A DNA stretch of 64,000 bases from Thermodesulfobacteriota bacterium (GCA_965226585.1 OZ245366.1:192001-256000); one strand, 5' to 3'; counted from the stretch's first letter, positions 1-10,576 are shown. Program-made: numbers and translations. The notes: generated by a model not told the origin, from the sequence alone.

Positions 1-1113
1 TATCTCGCCCGACAGTTTCAACTGAAGCCCCGCCTGCCACAGAAGTACCGCCGCCACAAGAACAGCGAATATTCTTCCCGCAAAACGGCACATGGGAATA
101 TTTGACAGGACAACGGCGATGAGGAAATAGACGACCGCGACAAGCCGTATGTTGAAGTAGGTGAACGGAGACGCCGGGCTGAACGGGAAAGCGAAAAATC
201 CCAGCGCGGCAATTGCGAGCAGTGTCAGGTCGAGTGTGGAGAAGCGGGTTTTTCCTCTCATCCGCCACGCGGCGTAGGCAAGGAAAATGCCGACCGCGCA
301 CCACAGCCCGACCGCCGCCCAGTCCGGCCCGTTTGTAAGTTTCATGCCGGAAAACATGAGGAGGAAAAACTGAACCGTGCTCTCAAGGGGCCACCAGCGG
401 GGGGCGATATCAACGCCGCCCGAACCGGCTGACAAAAAATACCACGTTACGAAAAACAGAAAGAAACCGCCCGCAAGAAAAACGCCGCGCAAAAACGCCC
501 ATCCGCTTTTGAACAGACAGATTACGCCCGTAAATCCGGCATAAACAGCCGAAGTGAGGGGATGGCAGAGAAATATCACCGCCTGAAACGGAAGGTGAGA
601 CACCGCCGCGCGAGGGGTCAGCGGCTTTTCCAGAACCGAGTTGAAATGCCTGAGTCCGAGCATAAGTATCGGAACGGATATGAAGTATCCCATGAGCCCC
701 AGCATATAGGTCTGGTTGAACGCGAGAGGAAAAAGCAGAAGGAGTCCCCACGGAACGTTTTGCCGGTTACGGGACTCAACGAACACAAACACGGCGGTCA
801 GCAGAATGTAAAAAGAGAGAAATATTCTGCCCGCCGCCTCTATGCCGAACCACGGCTCAAAAATCCGCAGAAACCAGAAGGTGAAGGTGAACGAACCGTA
901 ACTGTTGCGCAGTTCAAAAAACTCGCTCCAGTTATACGCCGGGCTGTCAAAGGTTGCGGCGGCAAATCCCACAAACAGCCTCATCGGGTAGTCCTGAAGC
1001 GGAACAAAATCCGCCGCCCATATCAGTGCCACACAAAACGCCGCAAAGACCGACACAAGGATGTGGAACTCCCTTGACCCACCTCCTCCGGTTGAGCTTT
1101 CTTCAGGTTTCAA
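1..1113 (-). CDS. Multi-pass integral membrane protein, partial (runs off the left edge); possibly GT-C-like
   Basis: Missing from the ORF track because no stop falls inside the window. Manual translation from TTG at 1113 gives MKPEESSTGGGGSREFHILVSVFAAFCVALIWAADFVPLQDYPMRLF..., with many hydrophobic segments, and the same frame reads ...GRIFAVLVAAVLLWQAGLQLKLSGEI at the window edge. Confidence 0.7.
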   Translation of the reverse strand, partial: MKPEESSTGGGGSREFHILVSVFAAFCVALIWAADFVPLQDYPMRLFVGFAAATFDSPAYNWSEFFELRNSYGSFTFTFWFLRIFEPWFGIEAAGRIFLSFYILLTAVFVFVESRNRQNVPWGLLLLFPLAFNQTYMLGLMGYFISVPILMLGLRHFNSVLEKPLTPRAAVSHLPFQAVIFLCHPLTSAVYAGFTGVICLFKSGWAFLRGVFLAGGFFLFFVTWYFLSAGSGGVDIAPRWWPLESTVQFFLLMFSGMKLTNGPDWAAVGLWCAVGIFLAYAAWRMRGKTRFSTLDLTLLAIAALGFFAFPFSPASPFTYFNIRLVAVVYFLIAVVLSNIPMCRFAGRIFAVLVAAVLLWQAGLQLKLSGEI

Positions 1114-1129
1114 AACGGATGCCTACGGG

Positions 1130-1780
1130 CTAATTGCCCCAGGTTTTTTTCAAATAGCCTTCCCTGCCCGAACCCCTTTTATAGTTTCCGTAATGGACGG
1201 GGTTTTTCTTGTAGTAGTCCTGATGGTATTCCTCTGCGCGCCAGAAAGTGGTGGCGGGAACAATTTGAGTAACGATGGGTTCAGAGAATTTACCTGAGTC
1301 CTCAATCTCTTTTTTTGACTTCTCAGCGAGTTCTCTCTGTTTATCGCTGTAGTAGAAAATCGCCGTTCTGTAATGCCTTCCCTTGTCGGCAAACTGCCCG
1401 GCGGGGTCGGTCGGGTCTATGTTTATCCAGAAAGTCCCGAGCAAATCCTCGTACGAAATCTTTTTCGGGTCGTAGAAAACCTCAACAACTTCGGCGTGTC
1501 CGGTCAGCCCGTGCGACACTTGCTCGTAAGTGGGGTTTTCCTCCTTTCCGCCCTGATACCCGGAGTGCACATACTTCACGCCTTCCAGACGCTCAAACGG
1601 CGGCTCCATACACCAGAAGCAACCGCCGGCAAAAGACGCCTTTTCGTATTTCTCCGAGAGCGCGGCTATATCTTCGGCGGTTTTTATTTCGGTTTCAGTA
1701 CTCACGATTGAACCTGTGGTCCCGCATGAAAGCAGAACAAGAGCCGCGACCGCGACAAGAGCCGGATTGAAAAAACGCAA
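1130..1780 (-). CDS. msrA: Peptide-methionine (S)-S-oxide reductase MsrA with a lipoprotein signal peptide
   Basis: FAGGCFWCME active site, GHAEVV, AEEYHQDYY. Likely TTG start at 1780, giving MRFFNPALVAVAALVLLSC (lipobox). Confidence 0.93.
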   Translation of the reverse strand: MRFFNPALVAVAALVLLSCGTTGSIVSTETEIKTAEDIAALSEKYEKASFAGGCFWCMEPPFERLEGVKYVHSGYQGGKEENPTYEQVSHGLTGHAEVVEVFYDPKKISYEDLLGTFWINIDPTDPAGQFADKGRHYRTAIFYYSDKQRELAEKSKKEIEDSGKFSEPIVTQIVPATTFWRAEEYHQDYYKKNPVHYGNYKRGSGREGYLKKTWGN

Positions 1781-1790
1781 CGTGCGCCGC

Positions 1791-2423
1791 TCAGACGGGC
1801 TGTTTCGTGTATCGCAGGTAAGGCTTTTTGGCATCCCACCCGTCCGGAAACATCTTCTTCGCGTCTTCATCGGAAACCGCGGGAACGATGATAACGTCAT
1901 CTCCCTGCTTCCAGTTTGCGGGTGTCGCCACCTTGCTTTTGTCGGTCATCTGCATGCTGTCAAGCACGCGCAGTATCTCGTCAAAGTTTCTTCCCGTGCT
2001 CGCCGGGTATGTGATGGTGAGCCGCACCTTTTTGTTCGGGTCTATAATGAAAACGCTTCGCACGGTCATCGTGTCGTTTGCGGAAGGATGAATCATTCCG
2101 TAAAGGTCCGCGACTTTTCTTTCTGAATCCGCCAGCATGGGAAAATTGACTGCCGCGCCCTGAGTCTCCTCTATGTCGGACTTCCATTTCACGTGGTCTT
2201 CAACGCTGTCCACCGAAAGGCCGATAACCTTGACGCCCCTTTTATCAAACTCCTGTCTGATGCGCGCCACCTCGCCGAGTTCGGTTGTGCAAACCGGCGT
2301 GAAGTCTTTGGGATGGGAAAAAAGCACACCCCAGCTGTCTCCAAGCCATTTGTGAAAACTGATAGTTCCCTCAGTTGATTCCTGAGTAAAATCCGGTGCT
2401 GTGTCGCCAAGTTGTAATGCCAT
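1791..2423 (-). CDS. 1-Cys peroxiredoxin (Prx6 subfamily)
   Basis: FSHPKDFTPVCTTE motif, YPASTGRNFDEILR, ATPANW. Confidence 0.95.
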   Translation of the reverse strand: MALQLGDTAPDFTQESTEGTISFHKWLGDSWGVLFSHPKDFTPVCTTELGEVARIRQEFDKRGVKVIGLSVDSVEDHVKWKSDIEETQGAAVNFPMLADSERKVADLYGMIHPSANDTMTVRSVFIIDPNKKVRLTITYPASTGRNFDEILRVLDSMQMTDKSKVATPANWKQGDDVIIVPAVSDEDAKKMFPDGWDAKKPYLRYTKQPV

Positions 2424-2464
2424 TGAAAAAGCCCTCCTTTTGAATAACAATCTCTCCCATAATA

Positions 2465-3526
2465 CTAAGCAAGTGTTATGAGATTTTCAATATAGACGTC
2501 TTGAACAGCGTGGAGCAGGGCAACGCCTTCCTTCATCGGTTTTTGAAACGCCTTTCTTCCGGTTATAAGCCCCATTCCGCCCGCCCGCTTGTTGATAACC
2601 GCCGTTCTGACCGCCGCGCGCACATCATCTCCTCCGGCGGAAGCTCCGCCCGAATTTATCATTCCTATTCTGCCCATGTAGCAGTTCACAACCTGATAAC
2701 GGGTGAGGTCTATGGGGTGTTCCGAAGTCATGCGGGAGTAGACGGCGGGGCTTGTTTTGCCGAATTTCAGGGCTTTGAAGCCGCCGTTGTTTTCGGGCTG
2801 TTTCTGTTTGACGATATCCGCCTGTATGGTTGCGGCAAGGTGGTTTGCCTGCCCCGTCAGGTCGGCGGCGGTGTGGTAGTCGGTTTTGTCTTTTTTGAAA
2901 GCGGGGTTTCTCAAGTACGCCCACAAAACGGTAACCATGCCAAGTTCATGAGCGCGGGCAAAGGCGTCTGAAATTTCCTCAATCTGCCTCGCGCTTTCCT
3001 GAGACCCGAAATACACGGTTGCCCCGATTCCGGCGGCTCCCATTTCAAAAGCGCGCTCTGTGCCCGCAAAAAGTGTCTGGTCGTATTTCTCGGGATAGGT
3101 GAGCAGTTCGTTGTGGTTTATCTTCACTATGAAGGGGATTTTATGCGCGTACTTTCTCGCCACGGCTCCCAGCCCGCCCACTGTGGAGGCAACCGCGTTG
3201 CAGCCGCCCTCAATGGCGAGGCGCACTATATTTTCAGGGTCAAAGTATTCCGGGTTCGGGGCAAAAGACGCTCCGGCGGAGTGTTCAACCCCCTGGTCAA
3301 CCGGAAGAATTGAGACGTAGCCCGTGCCGCCGAGCCGTCCGCTGTTCAGTATCTGCTGAAAGTTTCTCATAACCGCGGGCGACCTGTCGGTCTGAGAGAA
3401 AACCTCATCCACATATCCCGCTCCCGGCGGGTGCAGGGATGATGAGGGAACTTTGCACTCGTGGGTGAGAAGCGTTTCCGCCTCATCGCCGAGAAGTTCT
3501 GTTATTTTGTCAATTGATTGCGGCAT
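2465..3526 (-). CDS. fbaB: Class I fructose-bisphosphate aldolase (DhnA/FbaB type)
   Basis: [17 protein letters not shown] Schiff-base lysine, [18 protein letters not shown]; lies downstream of gap-pgk. Confidence 0.95.
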   Translation of the reverse strand: MPQSIDKITELLGDEAETLLTHECKVPSSSLHPPGAGYVDEVFSQTDRSPAVMRNFQQILNSGRLGGTGYVSILPVDQGVEHSAGASFAPNPEYFDPENIVRLAIEGGCNAVASTVGGLGAVARKYAHKIPFIVKINHNELLTYPEKYDQTLFAGTERAFEMGAAGIGATVYFGSQESARQIEEISDAFARAHELGMVTVLWAYLRNPAFKKDKTDYHTAADLTGQANHLAATIQADIVKQKQPENNGGFKALKFGKTSPAVYSRMTSEHPIDLTRYQVVNCYMGRIGMINSGGASAGGDDVRAAVRTAVINKRAGGMGLITGRKAFQKPMKEGVALLHAVQDVYIENLITLA

Positions 3527-3600
3527 TGAAGAAAACCCGCGCCGGGGTCTAAGGATAACCGACCCCGCGCGCCGCGTAAACAAAGGCGCGGGCGGCGCGG

Positions 3601-4800
3601 TCAGCCGGTTTCATCCAGAATCATAATGCCCGGAAGGCTTTCGCCGCCGATAAACTTCAGCGCGGCTCCACCGCCCGTTGAGACGTGCCTGAGTTCCGAG
3701 CCGAGAACCTCCGCCTTGCGTATCGCGGCTATGCTCTCCCCTCCGCCCACAACGGTTGTTGCCCCGCGCCACGTGGCAAGAGCCATCGAGCGCGCCACCT
3801 GCGTTGTGCCGTTGGAAAATCCGTCAAACTCAAAAACCCCCATGGGTCCGTTCCAGAAAATGGTTTTCTTGTCTTTTATGTGCGAGGTGAAATTGACTAT
3901 GGTCTGGGGCCCTATGTCAAAACCCTTCATGTGCTCCGGTATGTCGCCCTCAACCAGAATGGGATTCTTGGTCATGTCCGTGTCTTCGGCGACAACATGG
4001 TCTTGAGGAAGAACGATTTTATCCCCGAACTCCCTTACCGCCTTTTCAGCCCACCCTATCATCTCCTCTTCAACAATTGACTGCCCGATGCAAGTGCCGG
4101 TCGCCTTGAGAAAGGTGTAGGCGACACCGCCGCCGATAAGTATCTGGTCTGCCTTTTCAAGCAGGTTTTCAAGGGCGCTGATTTTGTCCTTTATCTTCGC
4201 GCCGCCCACTATAACAAGGTAGGGCCTTTCGGGATTGCGTATGAGAGTGTCAAAAAACTTTATCTCCCTGTCCACAACAAAACCGGCGAGTTTTTTCCCG
4301 AAATGCTCGGCAAGCCCGTAGGTTGAAGCGTGCCTGCGGTGCGAGGTTCCGAACGCGTCATTGACGTATATGTCGCCAAGTTCTGAAAGCTGGCGGCAAA
4401 ACTCCGGGTCGCAGTTTTTCTCTCCGGGGCAGAAGCGCAGATTTTCAAGGAAAAGAACCTCGCCCTCTTCCATCCCCGAAACCGCTTTTTTCACTTCATC
4501 CCCCGCCACACCGCCCGGAAACTTCACCTCTTTGCCAAGCAGTTCGCCCAGCCGTCCGGCAACCGGGGCGAGAGAAAGCGATTCCACAAACCTTCCGGCG
4601 GGACGACCCAGATGGGAAGCGAGAACGGTTTTCGCCCCGCGCTCCACAAGGTAGTCAATGGTTGGAAGAGAACGCCGTATTCTGTAATCCTCTGTTATTT
4701 TTCCGCCCTTGAGCGGAACGTTAAAATCCACCCTGACGAAGAAAGTTTTTCCTTTTATCTCTGAATCTGAAAGGTCGGAAACAACCATTTTTGACTTCAC
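3601..4800 (-). CDS. pgk: Phosphoglycerate kinase
   Basis: [46 protein letters not shown]. Confidence 0.98.
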   Translation of the reverse strand: MKSKMVVSDLSDSEIKGKTFFVRVDFNVPLKGGKITEDYRIRRSLPTIDYLVERGAKTVLASHLGRPAGRFVESLSLAPVAGRLGELLGKEVKFPGGVAGDEVKKAVSGMEEGEVLFLENLRFCPGEKNCDPEFCRQLSELGDIYVNDAFGTSHRRHASTYGLAEHFGKKLAGFVVDREIKFFDTLIRNPERPYLVIVGGAKIKDKISALENLLEKADQILIGGGVAYTFLKATGTCIGQSIVEEEMIGWAEKAVREFGDKIVLPQDHVVAEDTDMTKNPILVEGDIPEHMKGFDIGPQTIVNFTSHIKDKKTIFWNGPMGVFEFDGFSNGTTQVARSMALATWRGATTVVGGGESIAAIRKAEVLGSELRHVSTGGGAALKFIGGESLPGIMILDETG

Positions 4801-5807
4801 TTTGCGCGCTCCGCCATAAGGGAAACAAGGTCTGCAACTCTTGATGAATAGCCGTATTCGTTGTCATACCACGCCACCACTTTGACGAGTTTTCCGTCTG
4901 TAACGGAAGTGAGAAACGGGTCAAAAACTGCGGATTCCGGTCTTCCCACAAGGTCTGTGGACACAAGTTCGCTCTCAAGAAATCCCACGTAACCGGCAAG
5001 TTCTCCGGCTGAAGCGTCTTTGAAAGCGGCGTTGACAGCTTCGGGTGTCGTCTCCTTCTCAACCTCGCACGAGAAGTCCACAAGGGAAACGTTCGGTGTC
5101 GGCACCCTTATCGCCATCGCCGAAAGCTTCCCCTTGAGTTCGGGAAAAACAACCTGAATAACCTCCGCCGCTCCGGTTGAAGTCGGGATTATGGACTCCG
5201 CCGCCGCGCGCGCGCGTCTCAGGTCGGAATGCGGCGCGTCATGTATCCGCTGGTCGCTTGTGTAGGAATGGACGGTTGTCATCTCCCCTCTTTTCACCGT
5301 GAAGTTTTCGTGCAGAATCTTCACGAGCATACTGAAACAGTTGGTTGTGCAGGAAGCATTTGAAACTATGTGGTGTTTTGCGGGGTCGTAGCCGCCGCCG
5401 TTTACGCCAAGAACGGTTGTGAGGTCAACATCGCCTTTTGCGGGCGCGGTGATAACAACCTTCTTAACCGTTTTTCCCGTGTGCAGAGCGGCTTGCTCTT
5501 TTGTGCGGAATATGCCGGTTGACTCAACAACAATGTCTGTGCCGCAATCTTCCCACCCGATGTCCGAGGGGTTTTTTTCAGAAAATATCCTTATCAGTTT
5601 GCCGTCAATCTCAATGCCGTCTTCGCGCGCTTTAACCTCTCCGGGATAGACACCGAAAACGGAGTCGTACTTGAAAAGATGAGCCAGCGTGCCGGCGGGG
5701 GCTATGTCGTTTACGGCGACAAAATCAAGGTCGTCCCTTCCCAGACCTATCCTGAGAACGCTGCGTCCGATTCTGCCGAATCCGTTTATTCCTATTTTGG
5801 CTTTCAT
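4797..5807 (-). CDS. gap: Type I glyceraldehyde-3-phosphate dehydrogenase
   Basis: GINGFGRIGR, SNASCTTNC, WYDNEYGYS; ATG at 5807. Confidence 0.98.
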   Translation of the reverse strand: MKAKIGINGFGRIGRSVLRIGLGRDDLDFVAVNDIAPAGTLAHLFKYDSVFGVYPGEVKAREDGIEIDGKLIRIFSEKNPSDIGWEDCGTDIVVESTGIFRTKEQAALHTGKTVKKVVITAPAKGDVDLTTVLGVNGGGYDPAKHHIVSNASCTTNCFSMLVKILHENFTVKRGEMTTVHSYTSDQRIHDAPHSDLRRARAAAESIIPTSTGAAEVIQVVFPELKGKLSAMAIRVPTPNVSLVDFSCEVEKETTPEAVNAAFKDASAGELAGYVGFLESELVSTDLVGRPESAVFDPFLTSVTDGKLVKVVAWYDNEYGYSSRVADLVSLMAERAK

Positions 5808-5929
5808 TGAAACAGTTCCGGAGTTGAGAATGTAGATAATATCACCCGTCTTGCGGGGGCGCAATAAGCCGCCCGGAGGCGGAGAGATTTCTCTCTTGAA
5901 ACTTCCCCGTGTATTATGTCGGTTCAGTT

Positions 5930-6967
5930 ATGGCAACAATAAAAGCGGCGGTTTTCGGGGCAAGCGGATACACGGGCGGGGAGCTGTTGAGGCTTCTTGC
6001 CGGGCACGGGTTTGCGGAAACGGTTTGGGCGTGCGCGGACAAAAACGCGGGAAAAAAGGTTTCCGAAGTTTTTCCCCACCTCGCGGGCATCGCGGATATG
6101 AAACTGCGTCCGTCAGATCCAAAACTTCTTCCGGCGGATGTGGATGTTGTTTTCACCGCGCTTCCTCACGGGGCGTCTTCAAGGATAATGAAGCGGCTTC
6201 TGGCAAAGGGCGCGCGGGTTATTGATTTGGGCGCAGACTTCCGCCTTCCCTACGCGAAATACAAAAAATGGTACGGGGCGCATCCGTGCCCGGAGTTGAT
6301 AAAAACCGCCGTCTATGGAATGACGGAACTTGAAACCGCGAAACTGCCTTCGGCGAAACTGGTGGCAAATCCCGGCTGTTACCCGACCGGAGCGGTAACC
6401 GCGCTCGCGCCTTTTGTTAACGCCGGTGTGATAGCGGACGGCAGAGTAACGGTGGACTCAAAATCGGGCGTGAGCGGAGCGGGGCGCAACCCGCAGGCGG
6501 AAACGGTTTTCGGTGAAGTGAACGAGGCGATGACGGCTTACAAACCGAACGCCCACAGGCATCTTCCGGAAATTGAGAACGCGCTGTCGTTTGGCGGCGT
6601 GAAGATAAAGGCGGATTTCACGCCGCATCTGATTCCGGTGGACAGAGGGATTTTGACGACCGCCTACTTCCGGCTGAGCCGCAAGGCAAACGCCTCCGCG
6701 CTTTTGAAGATTGCGAAAGATTACTATTCGGCAAGCCGTTTTGTGCGGATATGTCCGCCGGGTGTCTGCCCCGGAACGGCGAATGTGCGCGGCTCAAACT
6801 ACTGCGATATCGGAGCCGCCGTGTCGGAAGACGGCAAAACCGCGACCGTGATGTCTGCGATAGACAACCTCGTAAAGGGAGCCGCCGGGCAGGCGGTTCA
6901 TAACATGAACTTTATGTTCGGCTTTGAAGAAGACGAAGGTCTGAAATCCCCGCCGCTCTTTCCGTAA
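5930..6967 (+). CDS. argC: N-acetyl-gamma-glutamyl-phosphate reductase
   Basis: GASGYTGGEL, ALPHG, DLGADFR, ANPGCYPT, SGVSGAGR, IDNLVKGAAGQA. Confidence 0.97.
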   Translation: MATIKAAVFGASGYTGGELLRLLAGHGFAETVWACADKNAGKKVSEVFPHLAGIADMKLRPSDPKLLPADVDVVFTALPHGASSRIMKRLLAKGARVIDLGADFRLPYAKYKKWYGAHPCPELIKTAVYGMTELETAKLPSAKLVANPGCYPTGAVTALAPFVNAGVIADGRVTVDSKSGVSGAGRNPQAETVFGEVNEAMTAYKPNAHRHLPEIENALSFGGVKIKADFTPHLIPVDRGILTTAYFRLSRKANASALLKIAKDYYSASRFVRICPPGVCPGTANVRGSNYCDIGAAVSEDGKTATVMSAIDNLVKGAAGQAVHNMNFMFGFEEDEGLKSPPLFP

Positions 6968-6985
6968 CGGTTAGTCCCGTAACGG

Positions 6986-8131
6986 TCAATTCCCCGCCCC
7001 TCTAATCGTTTCAACACATTTCACAAGGGCGGTTTTCAATCTCTCAATGTGCGGGGCGGTTGTGAATCTTCCCATGCTGACGCGCAGGCAGGCGGCGGCT
7101 TTTTTCTCCCCAAGCCCCATTGCCAGAAGCACTTTGGACGGGTCAACATTGCCCTCCGAGCAGGCGGAGCCGTTTGAAACGGAAAACCCCTCAATATCAA
7201 GGGCGATAACAAGAGACTCGCCGTCTATCCCCTCAATGCCGAAGCTTGAAGTGTTTGCCACCCTCTGTGCCGTTTTCCCGTTTATCCAGCTCCCCGCAAT
7301 CCCGGCAAGAACAAAACTTTCAAAGCCGTCTCTCATCTCAGCCGCCCTCTCCATATCCGCCGCGCCTTCGCTGAGCGCGATTTCACACGCCTTTCCAAAA
7401 CCCGCTATTGCCGCCGTGTTCTCCGTGCCGCTGCGCTTTCCCCTCTCCTGTCCGCCGCCGTGTATAAGCGGAGCGGACGCAACACCCTTTCTGATAAAAA
7501 CCGCGCCCGCCCCCTTGGGCCCGCAAATTTTGTGGGATGAAACCGAAGCAAGGTCAACGGGCAGGGCGGACAGGTCAACGGGGATTTTCCCGGCGGACTG
7601 CGTGATGTCTGTGTGAAAAAGCGCGCCCGCGCTCCTTGCGACCTCGCCCACAGTTTCAACCGGCATTACAACTCCCGTTTCGTTGTTTGTGTGCATACAC
7701 GAAACAAGAGCGGTCTTTTCGCTCACGCTTTTTTTGAGAGCGGAGATGTCCGGAACGCCGTCCGAATCAACGGGCAGGCGCGTTACCTCAAAGCCGTTTT
7801 TTTCAAGGAAGTCGAAACTCTCGCGGCAGGATGAATGTTCCACCTCTGTTGTTACAACATGCCGCCTGCCCGGGCGGGAAAACGCCGCGCCCTTTACGGC
7901 GGAGTTGTTGCTTTCACTGCCACCGCTTGTAAAAAAGTATTCCGAAGGCGAGCCGCCGAGAAACGCGGCAACACGCTCGCGCGCCTCGTCAAGGGCGGCT
8001 CTCGCCTCGCGCCCGTGGGAGTGAACGCTTGACGGATTGCCGAAACCGGATTTGAAAAAGATTTCCATTTCCTCCGCCACTCTGGGGTCAACGGGGGTTG
8101 TGGCGTTGTAGTCAAGATAGACTGCGGTCAT
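6986..8131 (-). CDS. Cysteine desulfurase (IscS/NifS family), copy 1
   Basis: YLDYNATTP, GNPSS, SSHK PLP lysine, RSGTEN, GSAC catalytic Cys. Confidence 0.95.
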   Translation of the reverse strand: MTAVYLDYNATTPVDPRVAEEMEIFFKSGFGNPSSVHSHGREARAALDEARERVAAFLGGSPSEYFFTSGGSESNNSAVKGAAFSRPGRRHVVTTEVEHSSCRESFDFLEKNGFEVTRLPVDSDGVPDISALKKSVSEKTALVSCMHTNNETGVVMPVETVGEVARSAGALFHTDITQSAGKIPVDLSALPVDLASVSSHKICGPKGAGAVFIRKGVASAPLIHGGGQERGKRSGTENTAAIAGFGKACEIALSEGAADMERAAEMRDGFESFVLAGIAGSWINGKTAQRVANTSSFGIEGIDGESLVIALDIEGFSVSNGSACSEGNVDPSKVLLAMGLGEKKAAACLRVSMGRFTTAPHIERLKTALVKCVETIRGAGN

Positions 8132-8152
8132 TTTTCATACCTTCGGGACGGG

Positions 8153-8926
8153 TTATCTGAAAAGGTCTTCCGACCGCTTTCTCAGAAGTTCGCCCGCTCC
8201 GGACTGCGAGGATTCAAACTCAACACCTCTTGCCAGAACAACGGGACAGCCCGAATCCTTCTCCATTAAAATACCCGCCCCGGCGGCTATCTGGTCTGCA
8301 ACCGCCATTTCAGTCGCCACAAGTTCAGAGCCGCGCATATCTTTTTTTCCCCTGAAGTCCTCAAGGGCTTTTATGCCCGCGCACCCTATCGCGATGTCAA
8401 CAAGCCCCTCTCTCCACGGTCTTCCCGCAGTGTCTGAAACTATCACGGCGGGAGAAACTCCCGTGAGGTCGCCCAGTTTTGCGGCAATCCCCCGCGCCGA
8501 AGCGTCAGAGTCAACCGGGAGAAGAGTGGCAATGTCATCTCCGCCCGTGTTTGAAAGATCCACACCGGCGTTTGCCATCACCGTTTCGGTAACGGTCTCC
8601 ACTATGAGACGCCCCTTGCCCGGAGCGACCATGCCCTTGCGCACAATCCTCTTTGTCTGTCCGAGTATCACCTCCACCAGCCGGGGGTCTTTGTCAACCT
8701 CTTCCGCTATCAGGCGCGCATTCTCTGACGGCGCGACCGAGCGCAGGTCTACCGCGCGCCCTTCGGATTTGGAAACTATTTTCTGGGCGATAACAAACAC
8801 ATCGCCCGGTAACGGTGAGATTTCCGCCGCGCCGAGAGCGCGGACAATAAGAGACGCCACGCAGTCGCCCGCTTTAACTTCGGGCAACCCGCCGAGGGCT
8901 GAGAAAACTACCTGCTGTGAAGACAA
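8153..8926 (-). CDS. cofE: Coenzyme F420-0:L-glutamate ligase
   Basis: QKIVSKSEGR, ANAGVDLSN, SDTAGRPWREG, ADQIAA. Confidence 0.92.
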   Translation of the reverse strand: MSSQQVVFSALGGLPEVKAGDCVASLIVRALGAAEISPLPGDVFVIAQKIVSKSEGRAVDLRSVAPSENARLIAEEVDKDPRLVEVILGQTKRIVRKGMVAPGKGRLIVETVTETVMANAGVDLSNTGGDDIATLLPVDSDASARGIAAKLGDLTGVSPAVIVSDTAGRPWREGLVDIAIGCAGIKALEDFRGKKDMRGSELVATEMAVADQIAAGAGILMEKDSGCPVVLARGVEFESSQSGAGELLRKRSEDLFR

Positions 8927-8932
8927 CTAAAC

Positions 8933-9361
8933 TTACGGGACGAAATGGTATCTGTATGTCTTTACGATGGTGTCGCTGCTTCCTTTCTTTCTGCCCCACA
9001 CAACAATTTTGCGCGAGCCGTCTTGCGCGGAAGGCATGGGCTCAACCGCCCTTACGGTGAAGGTGTTGCCCGTGTCCGTGTTTGTCCAGCTGTGCTCCGA
9101 CCCCTTGTCGAGAGAAGAGATGTTGCTCTTCAGGGTTTCCATGTCGTCTCCGTCCATAAGCATGTCCACAACATCGGCGCGAATATCCTTTGTGGTTGAA
9201 AGTCCGGTTGATTCAAGCGGAACAAGTCCGGCGATTTTGGATTCCGCCTGCTGTAACTCATCCTTTTTGTTGAAGAAGGGCAGCTGCGCCGCACAAGAAG
9301 AAAATAAAACGGCGGCGGCTAAAACCGCAACCGTGCGTGAAAAACAAAAAAATCTGCGCAT
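8933..9361 (-). CDS. Putative lipoprotein of unknown function
   Basis: N-terminal hydrophobic stretch ending in LFSSC; WTNTDTGNTFTV resembles surface-antigen lipoproteins; tightly packed with cofE. Confidence 0.7.
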   Translation of the reverse strand: MRRFFCFSRTVAVLAAAVLFSSCAAQLPFFNKKDELQQAESKIAGLVPLESTGLSTTKDIRADVVDMLMDGDDMETLKSNISSLDKGSEHSWTNTDTGNTFTVRAVEPMPSAQDGSRKIVVWGRKKGSSDTIVKTYRYHFVP

Positions 9362-9436
9362 CCGGTCAAACCTCCTGAAAAAATGCTTTTTAATGGTAGC
9401 ATTTTGAAAGGAAAAAAAAAGAGAGAAACTGTTGAT

Positions 9437-10576
9437 ATGAAAAGCGGGGAAATATATTTGGACAACAACGCCTCCTCTCGCGTCCTGCCCGGCGTGGCGG
9501 AGAAGGTTGCCGAAGTTCTGGCTCTCACGGGAAACGCCTCAAGCCCGCACTCATGCGGCAGGAAAATAAGGCGCGAGGTTGAGGAGGCAAGAAAACTGTT
9601 TGCCGCCTTCATCGGGGCGGATGCCGAAGAGATTGTGTTCACAAGTTCCGGAACCGAAGCCAACAACATGGCGCTTGTTTCGGCGGTTGCGGGAGTGAAA
9701 AAACCCAAAGTTGTAACAACGGTTGTTGAACATTCATCGGTGAAAAAAATGTGCTCGCGCCTTGAGATTGACGGCGCGGAGGTTGCGCGTGTGGGCGTAG
9801 ACGGCGGCGGAATTGTGGACATGGAGGAGATGGAAAAACAGATAGCGTCCGGGGCGGCGATTGTTTCCGTGCAATGGGTGAACAACGAAACGGGCGTGAT
9901 TCAGGATGTTGAAACCATAGCGGCGATGTGCCGGGAAAAAGGGGTCGCGTTTCACACAGATGCGGCGCAGGCTCCGGGAAAGATGCCGGTTGACTCCCGC
10001 GCTCTCGGCGCGGAGTTTGCCACCTTCACGGGACACAAGTTCAACGCGCTCGCGGGTTGCGGGGCTCTTTTTGTGAAAGACCGCCTGATGCTGGGGCAGA
10101 TGATGTTCGGCGGATTTCAGGAAGGCGGATTCAGACCCGGAACGGAAAACGTTGCCGGAATAGCCGCCATGGGAAAAGCGGCGGAGATTCGCGCGGCGGA
10201 TGTTGAAGTCACGGCGCGGCGGCTTGCGGAGATGAGAGATTTTTTTGAAAAAACGGTGCTTGAATCCGTTGCCGGAACTTCGGTAAACGGAGACCCGGAA
10301 CGCAGGGTTCCGAACACGGCAAACATAGTTTTCCGCGAAACAGATGGCGAAAAAATGGTCGCCGTTCTGGACTCGCTCGGCCTCAAATGCTCGCAGAGTT
10401 CGGCTTGCACAAGTTCAGACCCTTCCCCGTCATACGTTCTGACGGCGATGGGGCTTTCCGGTGAGGACGCGAAATCAAGCGTGAGGTTCAGTTTCGGTGT
10501 GGACAACAAAATGGAGGACGCGCGGACAGCGGCGGAGTTAGTCGCGAGGGCGTGCGCGGAGTGCGGACGGCAGTGA
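9437..10576 (+). CDS. Cysteine desulfurase (IscS/NifS family), copy 2
   Basis: YLDNNAS, GNASS, NNETG, TGHK, RPGTEN, SSAC. Confidence 0.94.
   Translation: MKSGEIYLDNNASSRVLPGVAEKVAEVLALTGNASSPHSCGRKIRREVEEARKLFAAFIGADAEEIVFTSSGTEANNMALVSAVAGVKKPKVVTTVVEHSSVKKMCSRLEIDGAEVARVGVDGGGIVDMEEMEKQIASGAAIVSVQWVNNETGVIQDVETIAAMCREKGVAFHTDAAQAPGKMPVDSRALGAEFATFTGHKFNALAGCGALFVKDRLMLGQMMFGGFQEGGFRPGTENVAGIAAMGKAAEIRAADVEVTARRLAEMRDFFEKTVLESVAGTSVNGDPERRVPNTANIVFRETDGEKMVAVLDSLGLKCSQSSACTSSDPSPSYVLTAMGLSGEDAKSSVRFSFGVDNKMEDARTAAELVARACAECGRQ

Noticed and set aside
562..1077. + strand 171-aa ORF, and the many similar overlapping ORFs (e.g. 45514-46419, 46444-47220, 16375-17157)
   Set aside because: They are antisense or off-frame to well-supported genes and have no recognisable motifs.
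6962..6986. Direct repeat CCGTAACGGT x2 between convergent argC and desulfurase genes
   Set aside because: Only 10 bp, two copies, overlapping the gene ends; no sign of function.
10538..10576. 39-bp overlap of the convergent desulfurase and RND genes as a special feature
   Set aside because: Short 3' overlaps are common throughout this compact window.
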